From contig NC_135760.1 in assembly GCF_052425735.1 (NCBI RefSeq), forward strand, positions 11,904,001-11,968,000: 64,000 nucleotides of DNA, read 5' to 3'. Below the pieces are notes generated by a model, which saw only the letters and a list, made by a program, of their open reading frames with translations, was not told where the DNA came from and made no database searches. Below, piece by piece: positions 62,844 through 64,000 of the stretch. The first letter of the stretch is position 1, and the number at the start of each line of letters is the position of its first letter. The DNA is from Oculina patagonica (taxonomy: Eukaryota). A program made the position numbers and the translations under genes.

Positions 62844-64000
62844 CGAGAAAAAGTCCCAGATATAGCTCGACGAAAATATACGTTTTTCTGCGAGGAAAAG
62901 AAAATATTTCTGGTTCATGAGGAAACTGCATCCCTTTTGAACATTTGTGGACTATTTTAGATGGTGGAGACGAACTGTAATGCCGTTTTTTTCCTGCCTT
63001 GCAGAATGGTATTGGTCGTATTTAATAGAGTTAAGAAAATTATTCTGTTATCATTGTTTTCGTTCACTACTCGTAGTGATACATGGGTCTACATGTATCT
63101 AGAAGTTCTTTGTGGTAAGCAAATTACGTTCGCCAGGTACTAGTAACTGTGTTAGTTTTATTTAAACCTGAAAGGCGTCGATCTCAATGTTTATAGAGCT
63201 AGGGTCGGGATTTTCGACCTTTGTTGTTTACAAATTTCAGTATGTGCGAAAACAAAGAAACAATTCAGCTTACTTGAGAGAAGAGGGCTAATCCCCCGAT
63301 GCATGTATTAAAGCTTGTCATTGATTACCTGTAATTTTTTATTTAGCTTTTTAGAGAAAGAAAAGAAATAATCTAACTCTCGTAAACCAAAACTTTATTT
63401 GATCTTGATGTAGCCTGTCTTTTTCTTGTATACTCTGGCTCATTTCATTTGCAGGAGATGTTAATCCAAATCCTGGGCCATGTTCAGGTTATATATAACA
63501 AGTATGCTTCAATCATTTTCGTCAATTCAATGAGCTTATTAAATAAAAATTACAGCTGGTCATGACTTATTGCAGATTCCAAGTGTGAATTGATAACATT
63601 TCCATTGTGTAGCACCACTAAATAGCAAACAGTTCTTGTCAGCCCAAAAGGTGTGGAAATTTATTTCAATTTCCCTCAGTTGCAGAGTTAGCATTTCAGC
63701 TGAAGTTTATATATTTTGCTGCCAATTTTCGTGTAGTTTTGACAAATTTACCTGCTGAGATGTTCAAAAAGAAACAGAAGTGCACTGCTTTCCACTTTAG
63801 ACAAGGTACATACTGCATCATTGTAGACATAGCTCGTTTAACAAAGTATGATTCTTCTGCTATTCTCTCTGACATTTACTTGCAAAGAAACACATAAACA
63901 CAATATATATATACTGTGTTTATATGTTTATTTGCAAATAAATTAAAATATCAAAATATATAATGTTTAAATATTGTTTGAACCGCTCCAGAAAAGCTGG

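Overview
Intron-rich, AT-rich animal genomic DNA. The gene and repeat content suggests a cnidarian, probably a stony coral (inference). From 5' to 3' the window holds: (1) the 3' seven exons of a DEG/ENaC (ASIC-like) channel gene on +; (2) a multi-exon C2H2 zinc-finger gene on -; (3) four six-exon alpha-tubulin genes, two on - then two on +, diverging from the centre; (4) a repeat-rich block with a ~9.2 kb TTAA-flanked element that has ~1.15 kb inverted arms and a 5'-truncated L1/Tx1-type LINE inserted in the right arm; (5) an intronless phytochelatin synthase; (6) a FAXC/metaxin-like GST-fold gene head-to-head with a C6orf62 homologue that the ORF track missed; (7) an orphan ORF with PP1-docking-like motifs. 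Many MITEs and tRNA-derived SINEs are scattered throughout. The most notable observations are: one tubulin gene contains a pasted copy of its inverted neighbour's exon3-intron3-exon4 region, which creates an 88-nt stop-containing cassette exon; the LINE is flanked by a 164-bp duplication whose copies diverge asymmetrically; two palindromes carry minimal hammerhead-ribozyme cores; and the phytochelatin synthase has no introns. All calls were made by eye without database searches.
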